A DNA stretch of 46,614 nucleotides, taken from NCBI GenBank assembly GCA_021801905.1, contig JAKABJ010000001.1:1-46614 (forward strand), read 5' to 3'. The position numbers and the translations under genes were made by a program. This document shows, piece after piece, positions 9,607 through 18,533 of this stretch (position 1 is its first letter; the number at the start of each line of letters is the position of its first letter). The stretch is from Candidatus Micrarchaeota archaeon. GTDB lineage: Archaea; Micrarchaeota; Micrarchaeia; Micrarchaeales; Micrarchaeaceae. The notes under the pieces are model-generated. The model did not search any database, was not told the origin of the DNA, and worked only from the letters and a program-made list of their open reading frames with translations.

Positions 9607-10707
9607 TTAGGATTGATTTTTCCCTTTTGATTTTGAGAGGTATATCTGCATTGCAGCATATATGTTGGGAGCGTAAAGAACTCCAGATATTTTCCTCCCT
9701 TTAGTTATAGCAAGAAGGTTTACTTCGTCTATTTGCATCATGTCTAGCGCATTGGAAAGCTTTAAGCTCTCTTTTATTTGAGGGACTTCTGTCTTGAAGA
9801 GATCCATTATGCCATTTTTGCTCGAATAACTGTAATTCTTGAACTTTTGGACGTCGCCAAACATGGCGTATATCTTTCCATCTTTTCTTGCCAGGAGCAG
9901 TGTTGAACCTTTGCTTACCATTTTCCTGTATAATGCATTTATGCTGGTTTTGCGATTTACAAGAATAAAGTTGCGGGTCATCATGTCGCGTACGCTCAGT
10001 CCAGCTGCACCATCTTTGAATTCAGCATTCTGCAGTTCTGCCCTTGCACCCTCGTATAGGAAAAGGGCTATGATTAAATCCCACAACACTATGAATTCCC
10101 TGTATGAAAAGGTAACGTTTTTTATTGCTGCAGAATAGATTACTGTACCAATTATAAACAATATTATAACAGCATTGCTGGCTTTTACAGTAATTTTTGT
10201 TGCCTCTAAAAAACTATGTTTCATTTCAAGATAGCTTCTTAAAACCCTGCCGCCATCTAATGGGAACCCTGGCAGGAGATTGAATATTCCTAAAAGCAGG
10301 TTTATCTCAAAAAGGAACTGCAGCGCTTGCCCGAGCAAGCCTCCAGGGAATACTAAGTATAATGGAAAGAAGATAATTCCGAGCACTATGCTAGTCACAG
10401 GCCCGGCTACGGATATTTTGAATTCCAGCCTTGGCTTTACTTTATTTAGATTTATCACAGAGGCGCCGCCTATAGGCAGCAAAATTATTTTCTTCACCTT
10501 TATGCCATTCCTGAGCGCAGTTATGGAGTGCGCAAGTTCGTGTATGAGAACGCATATAAAAAGAAGGACAATCAATGAGAAAAGGAAGACGCCTCCTGAA
10601 GCGGTGATTAAAAGGATAAATGCGAGCAACATTAACCCTAGGAAGGTCCAGTGAAGCTGGACTGGTATGCCCATTATTTTGCCTATTGTTGGTGAAATTG
10701 AGGCCAT
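9607..10707 (-). CDS. Site-2 protease family (M50) zinc metalloprotease with C-terminal CBS domain pair
   Basis: 366 aa. It has the HELAHS (HExxH) motif in a TM helix, a PGFPLDGGR second motif, and a soluble C-terminal region of about 130 aa with CBS-like repeats. Confidence 0.85.
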   Translation of the reverse strand: MASISPTIGKIMGIPVQLHWTFLGLMLLAFILLITASGGVFLFSLIVLLFICVLIHELAHSITALRNGIKVKKIILLPIGGASVINLNKVKPRLEFKISVAGPVTSIVLGIIFFPLYLVFPGGLLGQALQFLFEINLLLGIFNLLPGFPLDGGRVLRSYLEMKHSFLEATKITVKASNAVIILFIIGTVIYSAAIKNVTFSYREFIVLWDLIIALFLYEGARAELQNAEFKDGAAGLSVRDMMTRNFILVNRKTSINALYRKMVSKGSTLLLARKDGKIYAMFGDVQKFKNYSYSSKNGIMDLFKTEVPQIKESLKLSNALDMMQIDEVNLLAITKGRKISGVLYAPNIYAAMQIYLSKSKGKNQS

Positions 10708-10726
10708 ACAAACATCAAAAATCTAT

Positions 10727-11509
10727 ATGTTAATATATTTGGACTTCAATTTAATGCTTATGGGAAGATATGAGGTAAGGATGCTCTACAATAAAGCAGC
10801 CATATTGCTGAAAGGCAAAGAAGGCTCTTATATAGTTGTAGGAGACCTCCATATAGGAATGGAAAGGAAACTTAGAGATAAGGGAATAACACTGCATACG
10901 GCAACTGAGAGCATGGCATTAAGCTTGGCAAAAATTGCAGAAGATAATGATGCTCGTAAAATAGTAATCCTTGGAGATATTAAGGAGAGCATTTTGAACC
11001 CCGACTTAGTTGAACGCTCTTTGATTACTGATTTTTTCAGAAAGCTATCAAGATTTGATATAGTAATAACGCTAGGAAATCATGATTCTAGGCTTGATGA
11101 GATTGTTAAAGAAGATATGCGCGATGAACTGCTGCTAGACAATATTGCGCTTCTGCACGGGCATGCGTGGCCGTCAGCTGAAGCAATGCAAAAAGGGTAC
11201 TTAATAGCTGCGCATAATCACATTGCTATGTCATTTGGGAAATATCATGAAAGCCACAAAGCATGGCTTGTAGCAAATTTGAACTATGAGAATGCCTCAA
11301 AATTCTATAAAAAGATAAACAAGGGAATTAAACTCATAGTCATGCCCGCATTCAATGATCTAATAACAGGCATGCCGGTAAATGAGGTTCGTGAAAAGAA
11401 TATAAGCCCGCTTTTCAGGAACCACATATTTGATTATGACAATTCCGCAATTTATTCTATGGATGGCATGCTAGTGGGCAGTCCGGCTTCAATAAGAGAA
11501 TACAGATAG
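10727..11509 (+). CDS. Calcineurin-like metallophosphoesterase (archaeal ICC/SbcD-like small phosphoesterase)
   Basis: Motifs in canonical order: VVGDLHIG, ILGDIKE, GNHD, HGH. The start is uncertain. The ORF-track start at 10667 overlaps the divergent M50 gene, and in-frame ATGs at 10727, 10754, 10760 and 10781 are all possible. Confidence 0.8.
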   Translation: MLIYLDFNLMLMGRYEVRMLYNKAAILLKGKEGSYIVVGDLHIGMERKLRDKGITLHTATESMALSLAKIAEDNDARKIVILGDIKESILNPDLVERSLITDFFRKLSRFDIVITLGNHDSRLDEIVKEDMRDELLLDNIALLHGHAWPSAEAMQKGYLIAAHNHIAMSFGKYHESHKAWLVANLNYENASKFYKKINKGIKLIVMPAFNDLITGMPVNEVREKNISPLFRNHIFDYDNSAIYSMDGMLVGSPASIREYR

Positions 11510-11524
11510 TTTTCTGTTGCGCGC

Positions 11525-11701
11525 TCATTCCTCTTTTAATATCGTTATTGGTATGACCTCTTCTTTAAACTCCAATTCTGCAAGATCTATTGGATTTATG
11601 GTACCTTCAGGAACTTTAATCAGAGGAGGGGCTCCATAAGCGAGCTGAAGCGCTCTTGCGCCTATTATTCTTGCCTTTTCATATTTTGAATATTTTTCCA
11701 T
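11525..11701 (-). CDS. rpoK: DNA-directed RNA polymerase subunit K (Rpo6/omega-like)
   Basis: The KYEKARIIGARALQLAYGAPPLI core is the Rpo6 signature. I place the start at the internal Met (MEKYSKYEK...) because the longer ORF (to 11779) would overlap the 3' end of the upstream reductase gene. Confidence 0.85.
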   Translation of the reverse strand: MEKYSKYEKARIIGARALQLAYGAPPLIKVPEGTINPIDLAELEFKEEVIPITILKEE

Positions 11702-11712
11702 TTTGCCACCAG

Positions 11713-13152
11713 TTATATTGGATTTGGTTTGAATTTCTCTTTGGCTTCCTCCATGTTTGCAGATACTTTTTCTTTCCATGCAGCAAATTCCCTAATATTT
11801 TTAGGGTAATGCTCATAGATTGCATTAAGCTCTTTCATCTTCTTTACAACATATAGAAGGTTCTGGAATGCTTTTATGTTGGAGGCCCCTTTGAGTATAA
11901 GCTTGGCTTTTGACGCAAGGCTCAATTCAGGCACAATGCCATAGCTAAGATCTTCTGCTTCCTTTGCAGTCAAAAACATCCTCATCCCATAATTTATCGT
12001 ATTATTGTTCAAGGATTGCAGATATGTCCTGAATACCTCAAGCCCTGCGGTTTTCTTTCCATATGCCTCATTGAAATCGATATTATAAGACCACAATGAC
12101 TCCAAACTCACATCGCCATTGCTTAGCGCCCTTGAAGCCGCCTCGCCTGCAAGTATTCCTGAAACCAGGGCTGGGCCTATACCTCCGGCGCTTATTGGAT
12201 TTGGCATTGCCATGCTGTCGCCAGCGCCTATATAACCATTGAAAACCATGCAGTCTAATTGCCTTCTTACTGCAACCGACCAATAGCCTTTACCATTGTT
12301 GTTTTCATTATGCAGAACTGGGTTTTTAATTACAGGGTTATGCTTTACGTATTCATCCATAAGGGTGTGCAAAGTGTCGTTCTTTCCCAATTTTTTGTTT
12401 CTTATTTCTAAGCTTTCTTTCTGTACCCCAATGCCTATATTTACGCGTGTGCCTTTCTTGGGGAATACCCATCCATAACCTCCAGGGGCCCACTCTTGAT
12501 TTAGATGTATGAGGGCGTTCTTAGGATCGTAGAACCTATCGTCTACATGATCTGCTTCAAAATCGTATATGTACCTGCCTGTTGACTCTAAATCGGAAAC
12601 ATCCACAACTTTATCTATGTAGGGATTATCAGGCAGCTTTCTCCTCAAAGTAGTTGCGACTCCTAATGCATCTATAACTATTTTTGCCCTTATTTCCTTG
12701 TGCTGCTTCTCTTTATCCTTACCAAATATTCCGACCATGTAGTTATTTTCTAATATCGGGCCCTCTACCTCAAATTCAGAGATATACTCTGCTCCGCTTT
12801 TCCTTGCTTCCTGCATAAGCTTCTGCTCAAATGCGGGTCTGTTGAGAACGTATCCCGCCCCTTCGAAAGGGATCTTATATTCAAGATCAGGAGACAGCAC
12901 AAGAACTCCGTCAACTTTTACATCGAGTTCTGGATAATCAAAACTTAACCCTATTTTTGACTTTATGAACTGAAGGTGTGCATCCGCAACAGCGTCTCCG
13001 CATACCCAGCCCCAATTGGTCTTTTTGCCTACTTCTTGTTCTTTATTTCTATCTAGAAGCAGCACGTTTAGGCCTTTCTTCGCAGCTACAGCAGCAGCCA
13101 AAGAACCAGCCATTCCAGCTCCTGCGACTATTACATCGTATTTTTCTTTCAT
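11713..13152 (-). CDS. Geranylgeranyl reductase family FAD-dependent oxidoreductase (probable digeranylgeranylglycerophospholipid reductase)
   Basis: It has an N-terminal FAD fingerprint (YDVIVAGAGMAGSLAA), VCGDAV, GGYGWVFPK and GAGDSMAMPNPISAGGI motifs. The architecture resembles the archaeal lipid reductases, though 479 aa is somewhat long. Confidence 0.8.
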   Translation of the reverse strand: MKEKYDVIVAGAGMAGSLAAAVAAKKGLNVLLLDRNKEQEVGKKTNWGWVCGDAVADAHLQFIKSKIGLSFDYPELDVKVDGVLVLSPDLEYKIPFEGAGYVLNRPAFEQKLMQEARKSGAEYISEFEVEGPILENNYMVGIFGKDKEKQHKEIRAKIVIDALGVATTLRRKLPDNPYIDKVVDVSDLESTGRYIYDFEADHVDDRFYDPKNALIHLNQEWAPGGYGWVFPKKGTRVNIGIGVQKESLEIRNKKLGKNDTLHTLMDEYVKHNPVIKNPVLHNENNNGKGYWSVAVRRQLDCMVFNGYIGAGDSMAMPNPISAGGIGPALVSGILAGEAASRALSNGDVSLESLWSYNIDFNEAYGKKTAGLEVFRTYLQSLNNNTINYGMRMFLTAKEAEDLSYGIVPELSLASKAKLILKGASNIKAFQNLLYVVKKMKELNAIYEHYPKNIREFAAWKEKVSANMEEAKEKFKPNPI

Positions 13153-13506
13153 AGATAAACACCTCTGCAGTGACTTATAGAATAATTAGTCACCTATATT
13201 AGTAAACAGCCATATTTAAAATTTTGCATTTTTAAAGCCTTGGACAAAAATCAAGCAGGCCCAATCCAGAACAGGTTATAGAGAACTGCGATGCGGGCAC
13301 CACTTCTGTAAGATTAACGGATGGAGATAAATTATCCATAATATCTGGATAATCGCTCTCGCGGAGCACGTTCATCTGAACCATGAATAATGAGCGGGCA
13401 AGGCATATAAGCAACTAGTGTTTGAATTTTACGTAAGTCCGAACTGTGGTGTGGCCTCAGTTTATGCTGCACCAGCTTAAATGGCATTGTCGTCGTAAAT
13501 TAGATG

Positions 13507-13609
13507 TGCAGGGGGAGAGATTCGAACTCTCGAAGGCACTAGGCCACAGGATCTTAAGTCCTGCCCATTTTTCTGTGGCTTTCGCCAGACCAGACTCTGG
13601 AACCCCTGC
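13507..13609 (-). tRNA. tRNA-Leu (anticodon UAA) with a 17-nt insertion in the D-loop (possible non-canonical intron)
   Basis: Manual fold of the reverse complement. The acceptor is GCAGGGG/CCCCTGC plus an A discriminator. The D-stem is CCA/TGG. The anticodon arm is CAGGA-CTTAAGA-TCCTG. The long variable arm is TGGCCTAGTGCCTTC. The T-arm is GAGAG-TTCGAAT-CTCTC. Total length is 103 nt. The D-loop reads GAGTCTGG[TCTGGCGAAAGCCACAG]AAAAA. No CCA is encoded. Confidence 0.85.
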
Positions 13610-13661
13610 ATTTATGGGCTATTGTACACAGTATATTAATAGTATGATAGGCAACTGCACT

Positions 13662-14405
13662 TTATGCATACATAGATTGCGTGCCAGAGCCACCAATTGA
13701 ATTTCTGTGCGTATCCTGCATTTCTTTGCTCTTTTTAAGCAGCTCTCTTATTTTAGCGTCTACCTCTTTTGCTTCATTTTCCAATTCTGTTACGTCTATA
13801 TTTAACTTTAGAATTTTATTTATGCTGTTTATTGCAAACTCTGCGCATTTGGGGTTTATTATGCTTGGATCTACAGGGACAAGTATAGTAATATTAAGGA
13901 TTGAATCAAGCGCAGACAAAAGGATTAGCCTTGCGCTCACACCTGTAGAAACTCCTTCTATGACCGGCTTGAGGCCTTCATTTTCTGCTTTTTCCTGTGC
14001 TTCTTTAGTAGATGTAATTGCATATACAACACTGTTATCTGGCATATTTTTGGATGGCATACCTCCTATGGATATTATATCTTTCATATCGTTCGATTTA
14101 AACATCGCGTATATTTTTTCTGCTAATGGAGAGGCCAGGCTTACAGGAATTGCGAATTCTGCGAACATTGCCACTATCTTCTTTTTGCTGGAATAGTATA
14201 TCCTTACAGGAGGAAGAGGTTGACCGTTATGAATTGATACAAGGGGCGGAAACTCTTCGCACTCTATGTAGCCCACATATTCCATGTTAAGTTTATCTAT
14301 TATGTAGCTGACGGCCATGGGCCCCACCAAGCCTATTCCAGGAAAGCCTTCTATCAGAGTGGCTCCTTTCATATCGACATCCTTCACTAATTTTATCTCG
14401 ATCAT
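13662..14405 (-). CDS. PAC2-family protein (proteasome assembly chaperone-like)
   Basis: 247 aa. The N-terminal LIEGFPGIGLVGPMAVSYII motif is characteristic of the PAC2 family, and there is a C-terminal coiled-coil tail. Confidence 0.7.
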   Translation of the reverse strand: MIEIKLVKDVDMKGATLIEGFPGIGLVGPMAVSYIIDKLNMEYVGYIECEEFPPLVSIHNGQPLPPVRIYYSSKKKIVAMFAEFAIPVSLASPLAEKIYAMFKSNDMKDIISIGGMPSKNMPDNSVVYAITSTKEAQEKAENEGLKPVIEGVSTGVSARLILLSALDSILNITILVPVDPSIINPKCAEFAINSINKILKLNIDVTELENEAKEVDAKIRELLKKSKEMQDTHRNSIGGSGTQSMYA

Positions 14406-14609
14406 TCAATCTAACCTCAATCTCAAGCAAAATTATTAAATTAGCCGATTTAGCTTGCTTGGGAGTTTTCGCCATACCTTAGAATAATGCCTTAAACTGC
14501 ATCCCTCCGATCTGCGCATTAAGGCTTTTCCAGAATTGTTATAAATCGGTCTCTTTTTTCTCGACGATACCTATTTAAATTTAATGACGGATATTATAAT
14601 GGTGAAATT

Positions 14610-14834
14610 ATGGCACAAAGAGTAGGAAGCGAAAAGGTAAGTAGAGAAGACGGTTATCTTTACTACCTAGGAAAGGACGGGCATGTATGGAAGACGCCTA
14701 TGAGAACAAACAAGAGGGGAAGGAAGGCAAAGGTCACAGATGAAGTCGTAAGAAGAGAGGAAGGGTATCTCTACTTTATAGACAAAGGAGGATATGTGGC
14801 AAGAGCAAAGATGAACAGGAAAGGAAGAAAATAG
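14610..14834 (+). CDS. Small highly basic protein with two tandem repeats; function unknown (candidate nucleic-acid-binding protein)
   Basis: 74 aa. GGTGA lies 4 nt upstream of the ATG, and a TATA-like CTATTTAAATTTAA lies at 14571-14584. The internal duplication is REDGYLYYLGKDGHVWKTPMRTNKRGRKAK / REEGYLYFIDKGGYVARAKMNRKGRK. I count 20 K+R versus 9 D+E. Confidence 0.65.
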   Translation: MAQRVGSEKVSREDGYLYYLGKDGHVWKTPMRTNKRGRKAKVTDEVVRREEGYLYFIDKGGYVARAKMNRKGRK

Positions 14835-14867
14835 TTCTTTCGTCTTTTTTAATGTTGCGAAGCCAGG

Positions 14868-15272
14868 CTAAATGCCGAACTTTGCAACATCTTTTATTTT
14901 TATTTTATTTCTCTTTATGAATCCTGAATTGAATTCTATAACGTATCTGGATGGCTTTTTAGGCCTGAATGAGGAAAAATCAAACCTTGCAGAAGGCATT
15001 GCATTCTCAACAAAATCCACAACTCTTTTGTTTTTATCGCACCATACAATATCTATAGGAAACTTCATATTCCTCATCCAGATAGGATGGTAGCCATCAT
15101 TAGGAAAGAAGAAGGACATGCACTCATTTGGCTTCATTCCATTCCTAAACATTAAGCCGATAGTCATCTTGCGCGGAGTGTCAGCAATGAAAGAGTTCAT
15201 TTTTTTATTGCCGATAATTATCATTTTTTTCTTGAAATCAACTCCTTTTGACAATAGAAATAAGATGCACAT
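14868..15272 (-). CDS. DUF192 (UPF0127) family protein
   Basis: ADTPRKMTIGLMFR ... CMSFFFP ... IWMRNMKFPIDIVWCDKNKRVV ... YVIEFNSGF matches the DUF192 pattern. The start could instead be the internal Met at 15224. Confidence 0.7.
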   Translation of the reverse strand: MCILFLLSKGVDFKKKMIIIGNKKMNSFIADTPRKMTIGLMFRNGMKPNECMSFFFPNDGYHPIWMRNMKFPIDIVWCDKNKRVVDFVENAMPSARFDFSSFRPKKPSRYVIEFNSGFIKRNKIKIKDVAKFGI

Positions 15273-15276
15273 TTTA

Positions 15277-16899
15277 TCATTTTGTAATTGAAATGCTTTG
15301 CTCCCTCATAAACTGCTGGAGGTAGAACTTGCTTCCGGAACCTTTCCCATTTATGCTGCTTCCTTTCCAACCCACAAAAGTATGCAAACCGACTATTGCA
15401 CCAGTAGTTGCGCTAGTCTGCCTGTTTACATAAACAGTGCCGGCCTCTATGCGGTTGGAAAATTCTTCAATCTCCTTCTTTTTCTTGCTGTACAGCGCTG
15501 CGGTAAGACCATACTTGGTGTCGTTTGCCATTTTTATGGCATCGCCAAACTCCTTGTAACTTTCTACTATCAAAATAGGTACGAATAGCTCTCTTTGGAC
15601 CAGTTCATTAGAATGCTTTGCCTCTATTATTGCCGGCTCTACGTAATAGCCTGATGGATTTACGTTTATCTTGTTGCCCCCATATAAGACCCTGCCATTG
15701 GCTTTTGCTTGGTTTATTGCTTCAACATATGTATTAAACGCGTTCTTGCTTATAAGTGGCCCAAGGTAATTTTCTTTTTTGATAGGATCTCCTATCTTCA
15801 TCTCTCTGGCTTTTTCTATAAGCTTGCTTATGAACTGCTCTTTGATAGATTCGTGTACGTATACTCTTGAGGTTGCACTACACTTTTGGCCGTCGAAACC
15901 AAATGCTGCGCTTGAAATTCCTGATGCTGACTGGTCTAAATCTGCATATTTTGAGACTATTGCTGGGTTTTTTCCTCCCATCTCAACTATGAAAGCCTTC
16001 TGAAGCCCCATAGAGTATGCCTTTGTAATCATCCCGACCCCCACCTCCCTTGAGCCAGTAAAAACAATTCCAGAAACATTAGGATTTTCTACAAGTTCCT
16101 CTCCTACTACGGAGCCAGGGCCTGAAACATAGTTAAAAACCCCGTCTGGAACCCCTGCCTCTTTAAGATATTGGTATATTTTTATGCCTGTCAGCATGGT
16201 CATGCTGTCTGAAGAAGAGGGCTTGAAGACAACAGTGTTTCCGGTTATCATTGCCCCTACACTCATTCCCGTGCTTATAGAAACAGGAAAATTGAAAGGG
16301 GCTATTACGCCAAATACTCCATAAGGGACCATCCTTATCATGACTTTTTCCTCGCTTGAAGAAGGTGCACCTTGGAAACCTGCATTTACTCTTGCTTTGC
16401 TTGCCTCCATTTTGGTTTTCCTTATGTAGCCCTTGTTGATCTCTATCTCATTTGCGTAGTAGTTCATGAAGTCTATTGCCTCATCTACTTCGCCTATCGA
16501 CTCATATCTGGACTTGCCATTTTCATAGCTCAGTATGGCTGCCATCTCGAACTTATTTTTAGAGAATATCTCAGCCGCTTTTCTGAATATAGATGCCCTT
16601 TCTTTATATGAAATATTGCTCCATGTGATAAATGCATTATGTGCAGCTTCTATTGCAGCCCTTGCATCTTCCCTTGTTCCTTTTTGAAAATAGCCGATTA
16701 CAGTTGTGTTATCTATTGGGGTTTTTTCAGCTATGCTTTCACTTGAGAAAACTTCTTTACCGTTTATATACATAGGATATTTCTTGCCGAATTGCGATGT
16801 GATTGATTTTATCGCAGATTCAAAAAGGGAGTCAAATTCCGCCTCTTTGCCAGACTCACAGAATCTTTTATATGTTGATTCGTTTGAGAAACCTGGCAT
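15277..16899 (-). CDS. Aldehyde dehydrogenase family, L-glutamate gamma-semialdehyde (1-pyrroline-5-carboxylate) dehydrogenase-like
   Basis: 540 aa. It has AIDFMNYYANE, FTGSREVG, VEMGGKNP, the catalytic Cys context GQKCSATSRVYVHE, and a GAIVGLHTFVGWKGS tail, resembling RocA/PruA-type enzymes. Confidence 0.8.
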   Translation of the reverse strand: MPGFSNESTYKRFCESGKEAEFDSLFESAIKSITSQFGKKYPMYINGKEVFSSESIAEKTPIDNTTVIGYFQKGTREDARAAIEAAHNAFITWSNISYKERASIFRKAAEIFSKNKFEMAAILSYENGKSRYESIGEVDEAIDFMNYYANEIEINKGYIRKTKMEASKARVNAGFQGAPSSSEEKVMIRMVPYGVFGVIAPFNFPVSISTGMSVGAMITGNTVVFKPSSSDSMTMLTGIKIYQYLKEAGVPDGVFNYVSGPGSVVGEELVENPNVSGIVFTGSREVGVGMITKAYSMGLQKAFIVEMGGKNPAIVSKYADLDQSASGISSAAFGFDGQKCSATSRVYVHESIKEQFISKLIEKAREMKIGDPIKKENYLGPLISKNAFNTYVEAINQAKANGRVLYGGNKINVNPSGYYVEPAIIEAKHSNELVQRELFVPILIVESYKEFGDAIKMANDTKYGLTAALYSKKKKEIEEFSNRIEAGTVYVNRQTSATTGAIVGLHTFVGWKGSSINGKGSGSKFYLQQFMREQSISITK

Positions 16900-17057
16900 A
16901 AAAATCGCTTTAACATTCTATATTATGGCAATAAGATTATTATTGGTTAAGTTTGTTGGCATTTCTCGCATGAAACTTTTGCAGCCAAAATGATATTTTA
17001 ATTTGCTATTTTTTAATGTGCAGAATTTGTAAAGCCATTACCCGCTTCGAAAGATAG

Positions 17058-17103
17058 CTTTTAAATACCATGTGCAGCACTATGATTATAACTGAGTTAT
17101 AAT
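17058..17103 (+). promoter_or_regulatory. Putative suf operon promoter (TATA-like CTTTTAAATA) plus perfect palindromic operator ATTATAAC-TGA-GTTATAAT
   Basis: The TATA-like element is at 17058-17067. An 8-bp perfect inverted repeat with a 3-bp spacer lies at 17085-17103, where a transcription start is expected (about 25 nt downstream of the TATA). It ends 12 nt before the sufB ATG. Confidence 0.4.
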
Positions 17104-17114
17104 TAGTTGATAGT

Positions 17115-18533
17115 ATGTTGAATAATGAGCAGGAACTCCTAGGATACGCTGATGATGAATATAAGGAACGCTATGGATTTAGCGATAAAACAGAATATTC
17201 TTATAAGACTGAAAAAGGATTGTCTGAGGAAATTGTTAAAGAGATCTCAAAGATAAAAGGTGAGCCAGACTGGATGCTGGAAAAGAGGCTTACCGCATAT
17301 AAAGTATTCAAAAACAAACCACTACCCACATGGGGAGCGGATCTTAGCGGGATAGATTTCGACGATGTTTACTATTATTTAAAACCCACTGGGAAAAAGG
17401 AAGACGCTTGGGAAAAAGTCCCTGAAGATATAAAGAGAACATTCGATAAGCTCGGGATACCCGAAGCGGAAAGAAAGTTCTTTTCTGGAGCAGAAATACA
17501 ATATGATTCCGAAGTTGTTTATGGGCATGTTAAAAAGGAGCTTGAAAAGCAGGGCGTGATATTTACAGATACAGACTCTGCGGTAAAGAAATATCCCGAA
17601 CTTGTGAAAAAATATTTTGGCACAGTAATACCTCCCACAGACAACAAGTTTGCCGCATTAAATACGGCTGTATTTTCAGGGGGCAGCTTCATATATGTGC
17701 CAAAAGGAGTAAAGGTTTCCATGCCGCTTCAGGCATATTTTAGGATAAATGCTGAAAAGGCAGGCCAGTTTGAAAGGACATTGATAATAGCAGATGAGGG
17801 ATCGGATGTTACTTATATAGAGGGATGCACTGCGCCGATTTACATGAGTGCCTCGCTTCACTCCGCTGTTGTTGAGATAATAGTCCATAAAGATGCTCAT
17901 GTCAGATATGTAACAATCCAGAATTGGTCTAGGAACGTATATAATCTTGTTACGCAACGTGCATATGCGTATGAGAATGCTCATATGGAATGGATTGATG
18001 CGAATATCGGAAGCAAGGTGAATATGAAGTACCCGAGCGTATATCTAAAAGGGAGAGGTTCAAAAGGAGAGATATTATCGGTTGCTGTAGCAGGAGAGAA
18101 TCAAGTGCAGGACTCTGGAGGAAAAATGCTTCATCTTGCACCTGACACAACATCCAAGATAATAGCAAAAAGCGTATCAAAGAAAAACGGTGTTTCTTCT
18201 TATAGAGGGCAACTTTATGTTGCAAAAAATGCGGATAATGTGAAATCAACAGTAAGGTGCGATGCCTTGCTTCTTAACAAAGAGTCAAAGACCAACACTT
18301 ATCCTTACATGGATATCCAGAGGGAGGATGCAACTATAACACACGAAGCCGCTGTTGGAAAAATAGGGGAAGAGCAGCTCTTTTACCTTATGTCGCGCGG
18401 ATTAAGCGAAGAGGAGGCCCTTACAACAATTGTGCTTGGTTTTATCGATCCTCTTACTAAAGCCCTTCCGCTTGAATACTCGATAGAGCTGAAGAGACTA
18501 ATAAAACTTGATACAAGCGGATCAGTTGCATGA
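17115..18533 (+). CDS. sufB: Fe-S cluster assembly protein SufB
   Basis: 472 aa. The conserved SufB C-terminal half is present (YPSVYLKG..., CDALLL, TYPYMDI, HEAAVGKIGEEQLFYLMSRGLSEEEA). Confidence 0.95.
   Translation: MLNNEQELLGYADDEYKERYGFSDKTEYSYKTEKGLSEEIVKEISKIKGEPDWMLEKRLTAYKVFKNKPLPTWGADLSGIDFDDVYYYLKPTGKKEDAWEKVPEDIKRTFDKLGIPEAERKFFSGAEIQYDSEVVYGHVKKELEKQGVIFTDTDSAVKKYPELVKKYFGTVIPPTDNKFAALNTAVFSGGSFIYVPKGVKVSMPLQAYFRINAEKAGQFERTLIIADEGSDVTYIEGCTAPIYMSASLHSAVVEIIVHKDAHVRYVTIQNWSRNVYNLVTQRAYAYENAHMEWIDANIGSKVNMKYPSVYLKGRGSKGEILSVAVAGENQVQDSGGKMLHLAPDTTSKIIAKSVSKKNGVSSYRGQLYVAKNADNVKSTVRCDALLLNKESKTNTYPYMDIQREDATITHEAAVGKIGEEQLFYLMSRGLSEEEALTTIVLGFIDPLTKALPLEYSIELKRLIKLDTSGSVA

Noticed and set aside
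10667-10726. ORF-track start of the metallophosphoesterase overlapping the divergent M50 protease start by 41 nt
   Set aside because: Head-to-head overlap of two coding starts is unlikely. Downstream in-frame ATGs (10727-10781) precede the first conserved motif and leave room for promoters.
13232-13414. 60-aa minus-strand ORF in the tRNA-Leu/reductase gap; also tested this gap for RNase P (AAGTCCG at 13433) and SRP RNA-like motifs
   Set aside because: The ORF has no RBS or motifs. The AAGTCCG match lacks the partner CR-V element in the right order, and no helix-8-like GGAA/AGCA motif was found.
13446-13700. 84-aa plus-strand ORF
   Set aside because: It is composed largely of the antisense of tRNA-Leu (13507-13609) and overlaps the PAC2 gene end, so it is not a credible CDS.
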